DNA of 57,368 nucleotides from a virus (lineage: Duplodnaviria > Caudoviricetes), in IMG/VR virus record IMGVR_UViG_3300020221_000020, positions 1 through 57,368 of that record, one strand, 5' to 3'. A program made the position numbers and the translations under genes. Under the pieces are notes generated by a model, which worked only from the letters and a program-made list of their open reading frames with translations, was not told where the DNA came from and made no database searches. Shown here one piece after another: positions 26,741 through 37,400 of this stretch. Position 1 is the first letter of the stretch; each line of letters begins with the position of its first letter.

Positions 26741-26757
26741 AATTTACTCCATATAAA

Positions 26758-28257
26758 TCAGAATGTACCGCCATCCACGAGTGTGTTAATTAACTCAAAA
26801 GTGCCAGCGTTATTATTTAAAACTTGATTGGTTGCAGTGCCGAAGCTACCTAACCAAAGACCTTTCATCTGGACATTTGCTAATGTACCAGATAGTTGAG
26901 GACCAGCGACTTCAGTTGTATCATCTACAAATAAGAATCCAGTGTTTCCATCCCAGAAGATAGAAGATGTTTTTGCAGATGAGTCGTAGTAGTGGAATCT
27001 AAAACCACGGTCAGTTGAAGTTGCTGAAGATGGAGCAGATCCATTAACTGTACCTAATTCTAAAACAGGGTCATCATAAGTTGTGACGGTTGAGTTAACA
27101 GTAGTTGTGCTACCATTAACAGTTAAGTTACCAGAAACAGTTACGTTTGCTCCAGAAAGAGTAAGTGCAGTTGATCCATCAGAAGCTTTAATATCATTGC
27201 CATTTACTCTTAAATCACCTGCAACAGTAACATCATTACCACTATAAGTAATAGGAGAATTTACTAATTGGTCGTTAGTATTATCCCAACCCATAATAGT
27301 GTTATCAGTAAGAGCACCACCATTCTTTAGTTGAATATCATCAGCATTAACTGTAATACCGATACCAGCACCAACTGCTAAATCAACAGTTTGACCTTCG
27401 CTTGCTGAAGATGTCTTAGCAAGACCATCACCAGCAGTTACATCAGCAACATAGTTACCAGTGGTATCAGTGCCAAGAGCAACTGAGTTAGCTTCGATAG
27501 TTGCAGTTAGAGTTGCGTTAGCAAGGTCAGTGATAGTTACACTACCGCTTAAATCACCTGCAAGAGTGATTGTGAAATCTGCAACGTCGAAATCTAACTT
27601 TCCAGCACCGCCAGCATTATCTGTGTAGGTAACGGAAATGCCAGATTCGCTGTTGCTGCTAACCATAGCACCAACAATATCTTCAATTCTTTCTGCTGCA
27701 ATTGTTACTGCTCCATTCACAACAGAAAAATCTGAAGTCGGAAAATTAGCAACACCAGCGTTAGTATCTGTTGCCAATTCTGCAGCAATAGTAACTACGT
27801 TATTGGTAATAGTTGTGTCAATACCTTCACCACCAGTAAAGGTGAGTGTTTCTCCTGTATTGATGGTATCTGTGCCAGTATCTCCAGCAATAGATAAATT
27901 ACTTACAACTTCTGCCCATGACATAACACCATTTACATCTGTCTTTAAGAAGTAATTTGCAGTAGGTGTTGCTGGAAGTGTGTAGGTAGTATTTGATGCT
28001 GAAGTATCTGGTGCTTTCAGTGAGACACTACCGCCGCCGCCAGCTCCAGTTTTTGCGTGTAGTTTTACTGATTGCCCAGTAGTTGAATTTTCTTTAATCC
28101 AGTAGCGAGCAGACCCAAAAAATTTATTATTATTGGTTGTGCTATCAAGTCCCACATAAAAATTATATTCATCATTGACAAATGCTGGTTCACCTGCAGC
28201 TAATGCTGGGAGGTTTGCTTGCGTACCTCTTTTAAACTTAATCGTTGGTGCCGCCAT
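26758..28257 (-). CDS. Fibre protein (499 aa)
   Basis: IKFKRG....LP.LAAGEP N-terminus; ANSVALGTDTTGNYV and V.GNLTVNG.TTTVNST motifs; ends LVDGGTF. Confidence 0.8.
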   Translation of the reverse strand: MAAPTIKFKRGTQANLPALAAGEPAFVNDEYNFYVGLDSTTNNNKFFGSARYWIKENSTTGQSVKLHAKTGAGGGGSVSLKAPDTSASNTTYTLPATPTANYFLKTDVNGVMSWAEVVSNLSIAGDTGTDTINTGETLTFTGGEGIDTTITNNVVTIAAELATDTNAGVANFPTSDFSVVNGAVTIAAERIEDIVGAMVSSNSESGISVTYTDNAGGAGKLDFDVADFTITLAGDLSGSVTITDLANATLTATIEANSVALGTDTTGNYVADVTAGDGLAKTSSASEGQTVDLAVGAGIGITVNADDIQLKNGGALTDNTIMGWDNTNDQLVNSPITYSGNDVTVAGDLRVNGNDIKASDGSTALTLSGANVTVSGNLTVNGSTTTVNSTVTTYDDPVLELGTVNGSAPSSATSTDRGFRFHYYDSSAKTSSIFWDGNTGFLFVDDTTEVAGPQLSGTLANVQMKGLWLGSFGTATNQVLNNNAGTFELINTLVDGGTF

Positions 28258-28287
28258 TTAATGTCCTATCTATACGATTTCTTTTAC

Positions 28288-28295
28288 TATTTATG
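28288..28295 (-). promoter_or_regulatory. Late promoter (CATAAATA)
   Basis: Intergenic consensus match. Confidence 0.65.
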
Positions 28296-28306
28296 AATTA
28301 GAATAA

Positions 28307-28648
28307 TTAAAATCCACCGCCATCAACATCAATAAGATTGTCAAGATCAACATTCAATTCATCAATAAAGGATTGTGGCAATCCAGGTGATGTAAGATCT
28401 GTTGCCGCAGTTGCGAGCACAACATCTGGATTGACAAATTTGTATTTTTTCAAAGCAGCATCATAAACCATGACATAATTATTTGTAGTGTTTCCTACTT
28501 TATCTAAAGCAGAGGAGTCTACATTTCCTAAATCTTCTAGTGACTGTGCCAAGAGTTGTGTGGTGGATAAACGGAGATTTGTTACTGATTTAAGTTGAGC
28601 GGTAATGTTATTACCATATGTCATTTTTACGCGATACTCTGACATCAA
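28307..28648 (-). CDS. Hypothetical virion protein
   Basis: L.DL.NVD...NYVMVYDA fibre-type motif; ends IDVDGGGF; coupled to the upstream gene. Confidence 0.7.
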   Translation of the reverse strand: MMSEYRVKMTYGNNITAQLKSVTNLRLSTTQLLAQSLEDLGNVDSSALDKVGNTTNNYVMVYDAALKKYKFVNPDVVLATAATDLTSPGLPQSFIDELNVDLDNLIDVDGGGF

Positions 28649-28977
28649 GTAACTCCTGGTGATACGGTTACGATTCCTTCTGCTACTCTGGTTTTTACAC
28701 CACCGCTGGATGTAATAACCAAATCATAAACATAACGTCCAGGTTTTAAAATTTTGGTAGCAAAATTGCCCATTGATAATTTTAACTTACCATCTGATCT
28801 ATTGACAAAAGAAGTGCCAAAATTATTATATGAAGATGAAGTATGTGTTTTTCTAATTTTTGCTTCGGCTGTATAACCAGTCAAATCTAATGGCACATTA
28901 TTTGCTGATGTTACAGTAAACTGTGCCTCAAAATCTGCACCTTGCTCCACAACTAAATTTACAGGTATGGCTGCCAT
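28645..28977 (-). CDS. Virion beta-sandwich protein (fibre/baseplate adaptor-like)
   Basis: NLVVEQGADF...LDLTGY....IRK...GRYVYDL.I....KTRV.EG.V.V.PGVT pattern common in T4-like cyanophage structural regions. Confidence 0.8.
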   Translation of the reverse strand: MAAIPVNLVVEQGADFEAQFTVTSANNVPLDLTGYTAEAKIRKTHTSSSYNNFGTSFVNRSDGKLKLSMGNFATKILKPGRYVYDLVITSSGGVKTRVAEGIVTVSPGVT

Positions 28978-28987
28978 TGCTACCTAC

Positions 28988-29020
28988 AAAAAACCCTTCG
29001 TATGATATTTATACGAAGGG
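28988..29020 (-). terminator. Rho-independent terminator containing a late promoter
   Basis: Minus strand CCCTTCGTAT-AAATATC-ATACGAAGGG-TTTTTT; TATAAATA at 29006-29013. Confidence 0.85.
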
Positions 29021-29026
29021 GGGGAA

Positions 29027-29233
29027 TTATTCTTCAGTTGTAGTTTCTTCTTCAGGCAACTCACCCAAATCTTCAGATTCGGATTTTTCAAGCAATTCAA
29101 TAGTTTCTAAACCACCTTGTAATTTGAGTTTATACTCTTGTGCTTTTGCTAACTCTGTTTGAATTTGAGCAATTTTTTCGTCAATTTCTTTGAGTTGATT
29201 TTGAAAATTTTCTTTCAGACCAGTAGTATCCAT
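29027..29233 (-). CDS. Small acidic coiled-coil protein
   Basis: MDTTGLKENFQNQLKEIDEK...KLQGGLETIELL; likely start is 29233 rather than 29254, which is too close to the promoter. Confidence 0.7.
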   Translation of the reverse strand: MDTTGLKENFQNQLKEIDEKIAQIQTELAKAQEYKLKLQGGLETIELLEKSESEDLGELPEEETTTEE

Positions 29234-29257
29234 ACGCTTAAAATAACAACACAATGC

Positions 29258-29271
29258 TATTTATTATAGCA
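29258..29271 (-). promoter_or_regulatory. Overlapping late promoter (AATAAATA) and extended -10 (TGCTATAAT)
   Basis: Minus strand TGCTATAATAAATAGCA. Confidence 0.6.
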
Positions 29272-29277
29272 CGGATG

Positions 29278-32200
29278 TCAAGAGATTACGTAATTTTTTT
29301 GAATAATCAAACGATTTAAATAATCATTTCCATCAAATGCAGGAGTATAACGTAATCTAACATTACCCCCAGAAATGTCTGCAGTAAATGCTCCGAGTAA
29401 TCTATTATTAAAAATAGTTGAATACTCTGTTACATAAACATCTGTGCCATCATTTAAAAGCATTAACTCCGTTGAATGAATATAATTGTTGACTGTATTT
29501 TTAATTTGAATTAAATATTTTGCTGTATAAACAGATGATACTCCAAATGAATCAACAGTAATGGTTGCCGAAGAAGTGGAATCTATAACTTCTAAATTAT
29601 CTAAAATTCTAACAATTTTTAATACACCATAGTTTTGTGTATCATTACCAGATTGATAATACAGGAAAGGCGGAGCATTTTGTGGTACTGTAAATCTAAC
29701 AGTAGTATTACTACCATTACCGTTACCAATAACACCAGTTGTATATAAATTTGCTCCAATAGGACCAGGAGATGTAACAATATTAAATGGGTGACCCGTT
29801 ACATCTCCTAATCGAAATACATATTCTTTACCAGGAATTAATTGTAAATCGGGTAAAACACCCAAATCTTGTGAGATATTTACATCTAAAATTTTATATC
29901 TATTGTTTTCTTTGGTAACTTCAAATGTTGGTACACCAGCAACTCCAATACCAATTTCTATCTCACCTGGATTTGCTGGAAGTAATCCAACATTTCCTAA
30001 TAAAGTCCTAGGTCCTATATTTTGTAGTTTTCCTAAATTTATTCCTTTTTCTTTAATATCAATAACATTTTGAGGATTGATATCAAATAAACTAAATTTA
30101 TACCTAGCAACACCCAAACTACTAGATCCAGATGTTTGTCCTGAAGAATATGCAGCAGCATTTACATCTAATTCTAAGAAACCACTCTCATGAATAGATC
30201 CAACTGTTACTTGACCACCAGAGATATAACTACCAGGATTTGTAGACTTTGCTACAGTAAAAGTATCGCTATCGACTAATGTAATTTGATATGTGCCATT
30301 AAATGTATCTGGAATTATCCCTTCTACTTCTACAAAATCCCCATCATTTAATAGGTGAGCAACAGAAGTATTGAATGTAACTAAATTTGTAGATGCACTC
30401 CATGTTGCTGATGAAATATTTTTTGAGACACCAGTTTTTTTTAGAATATCTCTAGTGCCGCCAACAGAAATTGCTGAGTTTATTGGAGGTAAAATACCTT
30501 TAACTACAGGAGTAAATTTACTGATACCACTTAAATAAGTATCTTCGTTTGGTACTCCAGTGCCTAATCTTGACGGGGATAAAATGCCAGAAACAATGGC
30601 AGAAGCATCTAGTTGATTTAACGATAGTAATTCCCAATTATCTGGGTCTGTTGCTGGTAAAGCAGTGAGAATCCAAGTTTGCACTACTGTATTTGGATCT
30701 CCATCTAACTCATTCTTTTGTACTGCTATATCTCCAGGTTTTAATGCATTACCAATAAATGTTAACGTTTGCCCAGCGGTAATTGTTGGTAGTGATTGAT
30801 CTACGGTAATCGTTTTATTAACAACATCAATTCCACCAATTACAATTCTAGTATTATCTGGAATTCCTGTACCAGTTATTAAAAGACCATCACGTAAATT
30901 TGTTACACTGTTTAAAACAATAGTATTTGTAGTATTACTAACAACAGTTTTATATGCTACAGGAATATATTCCTGTAGTCTTTCTATATCAGTTTCAATC
31001 GTATAAACTACAAATTGTTGTGTTTGTGGTAATTGAGAAACATCAATTTTTCCGTTAGAATCTAATTGTACAATTAAACCAGGAATACTTGCGGTGCCTT
31101 TGTTTAATCCAATAAAGTTTCCTAATACAGAAGATTTGTTGATATAATCTCTAACTGCTTTTTGAGTCGGTAATACAGTATGAGCCGCACCAACTACTCC
31201 ACCTAAAGTATCATCTGGAGAAAATTTAAATATTGGTACTCCAGGAGATCCTTTAAGTTGTAACGAATCTAATACTCCAAGAGCAACAGATCCATTAAAT
31301 GTTACTTTACCGCTTCTTAAATCTACATTGAAAAATTGACCGACACTAAAATTACCGCTTTGATCTGTAGCACTAACATAACATTTTCCAGAATCTATTT
31401 CAACATTTTGTGTTGCTGTAACAGTGATACCACCATTTTGTGGAAATGCAGTATAATTAATTCCAGATCCCACATACTCAAAAGTGTGCCCAGAACTATT
31501 AACTGTTGATGGTGAGAATAATTGAATTTGTGCGTTATTTGCTATTGCTGCTACTTGAGCATTTGTTAATGGAAAATTGGTCGTAAATTGAGTATTATTT
31601 CCTTCGCTGTAACTTAATACTTCCCCTACTACTTGCTCATTTCCATTTGGATCTAAACCTAAACCAGGAATTTTAATAATATAATTTGGAATTGGTGGTG
31701 CTTGGAAACCAGTTACGGTTACTTTAGTAAATACGGATCCAGTTGCAATAGTAATTTCTCCAGTAGAAGATCCTGGTGTATTAGCATAATTAGCATTCCA
31801 TGCAGTATCTAAAATAATAGAAATTCTATTAGTTTGAAAATCTACGCTATCAATGATTCTTCCAGTGCCATTGATTGATGGAGTAGAAACATGATTAGAA
31901 ATTGTTATTGCTTGACCTCTTTCAAATTTTCCAATATCTATAATTGAAACTTCTATAGTAACTTTTGTTTTAGTATTTCCAGCTGTTGAAGAAAATACAG
32001 TTCCTATAATACCACTTGGTGTTTGATTTATATCACTTTTTGTAATATTTTGTACTGAAGAAACTTGCCCTGCAGAAAAAATGGGCAATACATTATCAGA
32101 AAAACCAACTGCTTTTAATCCTTCTATACCAAAGTTTGTAGCAGAGTTAGTAATAGAAGCATACCCGCCAGATTCACAAAGTACACCTACTGCTTCAAAA

Positions 32201-34218
32201 ACTTGGAAAACAGACACCAACTGTGAATATGCATCATTCTTCATATGGAATCCAATGGACCCAAATACAATTTGAGTAAACGCATCAGCAACCATTGATT
32301 CTAATGGACTGTTGCTATCTAATTGAGCACCATCCGCCAAAAGACCGCCAGCCCTTGTTTTAGAAGCATCATAAGTTTTGGTAAGAGGATTGTAGGATAC
32401 TTTACCTAATTTAGAAATACATGAGCAGTTTTGAGTATATGGAGATAAGAAAATTCTTTCTTTTGGTGGAATAATTTTATATGTGGTAAGTAGTTTACCT
32501 TGCCCAGCAGGTATAGGAGCACTCAATACTAATTCATCATTTGAATTAATACTATTAATTGTATAACTATTGCTACCAATTTTGATTTTCCAACCTACAT
32601 ATGCTTCTTCTAAAAATCTGGTGGACAAGTTACCAGTAACAATAGGACTACCAACTGTTAAGTTGATTCTTCCTTTTCCTTTTATCCCGCTTTGCTCTGG
32701 ATATGCTACTGCATATCTCCAAGCAAATGCATCTTGAGAGACAAATGCACCAGTAACATGTCTCTTAGCGGTCGTTGCCACTCCTGTGATTGGATCTGGT
32801 TGTCCTCTAACAACAATCAATTCTCCAGTGGTAGTGTTAAAATCATACACTTTCATCCACTCTTGATCTACTAAAATAAAACCAGGACCAGGACGATATG
32901 GTGGCACATCACCACCTTGAATAATCGATGTTACAATACCAATAAGAGTATCGATTGTATTTTGTACTTTAGTACATTCTGGGAATCCTGTTAAATCTGG
33001 AAGAGGATCTGGATATCCTGCATTTAGAAAACCAGGAGGGACCGTTAAAATCTTTTGTTTTGCATGATAAGCAACTCTCTCAAAAGAGTAGACTAATTCT
33101 ACTTCTTCGCCAGCAACAGCAGCAATTAAAAATCCATCGGCATCTAAATATGATTCTCCACTTTTTACAGATTTTACATTTCCTCCACTTCTTAAATCAG
33201 CAACTATACCATCAATAACAATACCAAGATCCCTGCGGCAAATAAGTTCGTCATAATCTGGATCATTAATCAGAGCGGGAAATTGAGTGAGTAAATCAGT
33301 AATTGCTAAATTTATAATATCTGTTTTTTGAAATTCAATTAAATTAGATCCATCAAAATATACTCCTTCAACTCTAGAAAGAGTGTGCCCAGGTAATACT
33401 CTAAAAGTAGTATCAGTTGCTGATAAAATTCTATTGTCTGATTGCTCTGTTTCTAAAAATCCTTTACCGCCTTGGAAGTTATCCTCAAATACCATGTAGT
33501 TGATATAACAACCAGAAGTAACCCAAAAAATATCTCTACCTTCATTTTTTGGAATTACAATAGTTTCTCTTAAGTTATCACCTACAATTGAAGTTCCTTT
33601 TGGTAAGTAAATAGGATTTTCTTCGTAGTATGTGCCAGTAGAAACTCTAATAGTAGTATTACCATCTAAAGCAGCAGCTGCCCGTGCTGCCGCCCTAATT
33701 GATTTAAATGCTTTTGAAGGACTTTTCCCAGACTTAGAATCGTTGCCGTCTGTTTTTACATATAAAACATTGGTATAGTCTGCGTCTCCTAAAGAAGTTG
33801 GAGACCCCCATCCACTAACTGTTTTAGGTCCGTATAATTCTTTTGTAACACTATTATAATAATAGTCATTAAGTTTTCCTTGGGTGCTTAATGGCGCAAC
33901 AACACCAGATAAAATTTGCTCGGAAATAGAAATAGTTGATGCTGGCCAAGATCCATTTGTTTTGGGACCATATAAATCTTTCTTAACAGTATCTAGATAA
34001 AAATCTCCATTAGCACCATCCGCAGATGTAGGTGGCAGTGTGCCACTTAATAATGATCCACCGTCATCTCCAGCGAGGGAAATTTGATTAATAGCAGTAA
34101 CTAGATTAGGTAGTCCACTAACAAGTTGGCTAATGTCTCCTACATCAGTAGCAAGAGAATTAATCTCCTGTCTCTGTTGATCAAAGGTATAACTTTTGGG
34201 AACGTTTCTAATTGCCAT
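29278..34218 (-). CDS. Large fibre / virion structural protein (1646 aa), partial paralogue of the 1641-aa fibre
   Basis: TFDQQRQEIN N-terminus, two LYGPKT..W repeats, VLYVKTDGND pectin-lyase-like domain, FTVPQNAPPFLYYQ module and C-terminal AKYLIQ...ADISGGNVRL domain. Confidence 0.8.
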   Translation of the reverse strand: MAIRNVPKSYTFDQQRQEINSLATDVGDISQLVSGLPNLVTAINQISLAGDDGGSLLSGTLPPTSADGANGDFYLDTVKKDLYGPKTNGSWPASTISISEQILSGVVAPLSTQGKLNDYYYNSVTKELYGPKTVSGWGSPTSLGDADYTNVLYVKTDGNDSKSGKSPSKAFKSIRAAARAAAALDGNTTIRVSTGTYYEENPIYLPKGTSIVGDNLRETIVIPKNEGRDIFWVTSGCYINYMVFEDNFQGGKGFLETEQSDNRILSATDTTFRVLPGHTLSRVEGVYFDGSNLIEFQKTDIINLAITDLLTQFPALINDPDYDELICRRDLGIVIDGIVADLRSGGNVKSVKSGESYLDADGFLIAAVAGEEVELVYSFERVAYHAKQKILTVPPGFLNAGYPDPLPDLTGFPECTKVQNTIDTLIGIVTSIIQGGDVPPYRPGPGFILVDQEWMKVYDFNTTTGELIVVRGQPDPITGVATTAKRHVTGAFVSQDAFAWRYAVAYPEQSGIKGKGRINLTVGSPIVTGNLSTRFLEEAYVGWKIKIGSNSYTINSINSNDELVLSAPIPAGQGKLLTTYKIIPPKERIFLSPYTQNCSCISKLGKVSYNPLTKTYDASKTRAGGLLADGAQLDSNSPLESMVADAFTQIVFGSIGFHMKNDAYSQLVSVFQVFEAVGVLCESGGYASITNSATNFGIEGLKAVGFSDNVLPIFSAGQVSSVQNITKSDINQTPSGIIGTVFSSTAGNTKTKVTIEVSIIDIGKFERGQAITISNHVSTPSINGTGRIIDSVDFQTNRISIILDTAWNANYANTPGSSTGEITIATGSVFTKVTVTGFQAPPIPNYIIKIPGLGLDPNGNEQVVGEVLSYSEGNNTQFTTNFPLTNAQVAAIANNAQIQLFSPSTVNSSGHTFEYVGSGINYTAFPQNGGITVTATQNVEIDSGKCYVSATDQSGNFSVGQFFNVDLRSGKVTFNGSVALGVLDSLQLKGSPGVPIFKFSPDDTLGGVVGAAHTVLPTQKAVRDYINKSSVLGNFIGLNKGTASIPGLIVQLDSNGKIDVSQLPQTQQFVVYTIETDIERLQEYIPVAYKTVVSNTTNTIVLNSVTNLRDGLLITGTGIPDNTRIVIGGIDVVNKTITVDQSLPTITAGQTLTFIGNALKPGDIAVQKNELDGDPNTVVQTWILTALPATDPDNWELLSLNQLDASAIVSGILSPSRLGTGVPNEDTYLSGISKFTPVVKGILPPINSAISVGGTRDILKKTGVSKNISSATWSASTNLVTFNTSVAHLLNDGDFVEVEGIIPDTFNGTYQITLVDSDTFTVAKSTNPGSYISGGQVTVGSIHESGFLELDVNAAAYSSGQTSGSSSLGVARYKFSLFDINPQNVIDIKEKGINLGKLQNIGPRTLLGNVGLLPANPGEIEIGIGVAGVPTFEVTKENNRYKILDVNISQDLGVLPDLQLIPGKEYVFRLGDVTGHPFNIVTSPGPIGANLYTTGVIGNGNGSNTTVRFTVPQNAPPFLYYQSGNDTQNYGVLKIVRILDNLEVIDSTSSATITVDSFGVSSVYTAKYLIQIKNTVNNYIHSTELMLLNDGTDVYVTEYSTIFNNRLLGAFTADISGGNVRLRYTPAFDGNDYLNRLIIQKNYVIS

Positions 34219-34430
34219 TACTTACCAGCTATTTCTCTTAAAAGATTTTTAATTTCCGATAATTCACCTTTAAGAATCTCTACATCTTCTGTCAATCCTT
34301 TAATAATTTCACTAGGAGATTTAGATTTTCTGGTGCTATCAAATAAACTTTTATCTGTATTTATTATAGCACCAGTCATGTTATCACGATATAAATTTTC
34401 ATGACCACATACTTTAGAATAATTATTCAT
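34218..34430 (-). CDS. Small conserved hypothetical protein
   Basis: MNNYSKVCGHENLYRDNMTGAIINTD...LKGELSEIKNLL; start placed at the TAATG overlap with the upstream stop. Confidence 0.75.
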   Translation of the reverse strand: MNNYSKVCGHENLYRDNMTGAIINTDKSLFDSTRKSKSPSEIIKGLTEDVEILKGELSEIKNLLREIAGK

Positions 34431-37400
34431 TAAAATGCCGCCACAATTCTGGCGTCTTGTATTTTTGGTACATAACAAGGATTAGATGCTTTCATTACAA
34501 TTTTAATTGCAAACGATGAGAATTCATTTAAATTTACTGCAGTATACTTATGCTCTTTATATGAAGATTGATTTTCAAATAAACCAGCAATTGCAATTTC
34601 ATTAGATGGTGCTACATCAAAATCTGGATATCCAGTACCATTAAAGGGTATATACTCAACATCATCAAAAGTACTTTGTGAATTAACTGGTTTTATTTTA
34701 TAGTAAACTTCAATATCATCTTGTTTTGCTAAATTAGCCGTTAATCTTACATCAATTGTTGTTGCTGGGTTTGCTAAAGTAATTTCTTTTGTTACATATT
34801 TTGCAACAGAAGAACTATTTTTAGAATTTATATCAGAAATGTATAGTATTCCAGGTGAATAAGTAGCAGAGGAAACCTCAATAAATCCTGGCACAGATTC
34901 ATTTGTATCAGTTAAAGATTGAGGAGCAATATTTTGATGCCATAGTTTGTCATATACGCGAATAATATCTGGTTGTTGGTTAGCACCATTGTTTGCAGAA
35001 GATCTTCCATATGTATTTCCTTCTGCATATGCAGTATAGTTGCCATTAATCGGTGCTTTTTCTTCTAAAACGACCAATTCTTTTTTAATTTTATCCCAAG
35101 AAATAATTTTTGCATAAATTTTAGTTGAAAATCTATTTACTAAATCTTCACGGTAAACTTCTACATTAGTGCCAGGAGTAAATACAGGCAATACTTCTGT
35201 TATACCATTTGGAGAAACAGAGGCACCATCTAGATTTTGGACACCAAAAGTTAATGCTTCGCCAGCTTGATATAAACCAGTGTTTTTAATTTTAACATAT
35301 ATGGTATTGCTTGTTACTTTTATAATATCTCCTTTAGTTTTTGTGTTAACACCTACCACACTTTGATTAATCGTTGGTAATATAGCTTGACCTCCCTGTC
35401 CAGCTGGTAAATTAGAAACTTCAAATTTATAAACTGGATAGAATTTTAATATTTTATATCTTCTTCCATATCTAGTTTGGTCACCATATCCTTTATCAAC
35501 AAATGATGAAATTGTTTTTACTGACGAAGATCGTAAATCAATTATTGGTGATAAATGATCTAATGTAGTGCTAAAGGTTAGTTTATAAACTAAAGATTTT
35601 TTCTTTTCCCCCCATGTTGCATTATTTTTTATCTCATTAAAATAAGACGCAATAACTTTTTGATTTGTAAAATAATGCTCTTCGTTTAAAAATGTAGTTT
35701 CATAATCTGATTGTTGATACGAAGTATAATTTTCGCCCACACTATCTAAAGGAATTATATTTGTAGTTTTTACTTCCGCATTAAATTTTGTATTAGTAAA
35801 TGAGAGATATCCGATTTGTGGGTATAATTTTTCATATTTTCTATTATATGAAGCAAGGATTTTATTTCCTCCTCCAAAAGTAGAAGATCCCGCACCCAAA
35901 TTTGTAGTAATATTATAATATTCTAATCCAGAATTTGAAACTGGGAAAAGATTTGTATTAAAATATTCACCGTCTATTCCACCAACTGTATTTACTTGTT
36001 TAAATGTTACATATGATTTCCCAGAATCTTCAAATCCATTATTAATATGTAAAATTCTAGTAATTTTATTATTATTTTTGAATAATAAAGATGTAGCAGA
36101 ATCATTGGATGAAGCGTCGGTCTCTATAGAATTCATATCTAACATTTCATAACCCAAATCTTCATTAGTCAATCTAGCAGTAGCAGTTGATCCTTTTGTG
36201 AAAACTGCTCTATATAAAGTAAATTTAATATCTTGACTTAAATCTTCTGTCCAAGTATCAACATTTTGTGATTTAAAAACTGATCCTAATAAAGGTTGTT
36301 GAGTAATTACCTGTGAAGTAGCTACATCAGTTTCTCCTAATTTAGATGACCATATCCTATAATTAGTAGAATCTGTTTCAATAGATAAAGCATAATCAGT
36401 ATTATTTTGTAAATAGATTGGATTGTCAAAAACAAATTTTGTTGGGGAAATAGATGATGTAGTTACTCCATCATTAGGATCTACAGAAACCCCCATTCTA
36501 ACTGCAGGAGTATCTACTTCTAAAATAGGAATAATTACAGCTTCTCTACTAATAGATCCATTTGGTTTCAAAATAATAGAAGGTGGGTCGGTATATCCTG
36601 ATCCTGGCAAAATAATATTTGCTTCAAATACTTCACCATTAGAAATTGAAACATTACCTAAAGCACTACTTCCTCCAGGAAGTTGAGGACTTTGGATGAT
36701 TAATGTAGCAGAATCATATCCCTCACCGTAATCTGTTATGAGTAATTTTGAAATTTTTCCAGAATCTTTAGATATAGAAACAAGTAACTGACTATTATTT
36801 TGTTTGTTAATATCAATTAAAGTTTGTATTACTAATGATTCTCCAGATTTAAATGCAGATCCAGTAGCACTGATATAATTTGATAAAACGAGAGTATATA
36901 CTTGATCGTTACTCAAAGAAACAGTTTTTTGCAGCGTGGGGACTAATTTATTTCCGTTTTTATCAACTACCTCTTTTACTACTCCTTTAACACCAGATTC
37001 ACTACCAGAAATAGTTTCACCAATTGTCAAATTTAAAGTAGAATTAGCAGTTATTTTTAAATAAGTATCTGGTAGCTTAACTACTTCTGTTCCTGGTATA
37101 ATATAGTTGCCAGGTTTCTTACTATTTGTATCTGTTAAATATACTCTTACTGGTAAAGTATCGCTTTTTTTAGAAAAGAATAAATCTAATTCAGTTACAA
37201 ACACACCGCCCTCAAAATTTTCTATTCTAAATGTTTGTGATAAAGGACTTGGTTTTGCTTGAGTTGATGCATTATCAATAAATTGAATTCCTTCTGGTGC
37301 TTTAAAGAAAGATGGAATTGTAGAAATAATAGATGCTGGTTGATTTGGAAAAATACCAGTAGGATAATACTTACATTCAGCAAAACTATCTACAGTATTA

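Noticed and set aside
24457-28257. Diversity-generating retroelement suggested by Mtd-N-like domains
   Set aside because: No reverse transcriptase and no template/variable repeat pair differing at adenines was seen; the N-terminal domain alone is a common fibre module.
29263-29281. TTGACA plus TATAAT as a canonical sigma70 promoter
   Set aside because: The spacer is only 7 nt; only the extended -10 is plausible.
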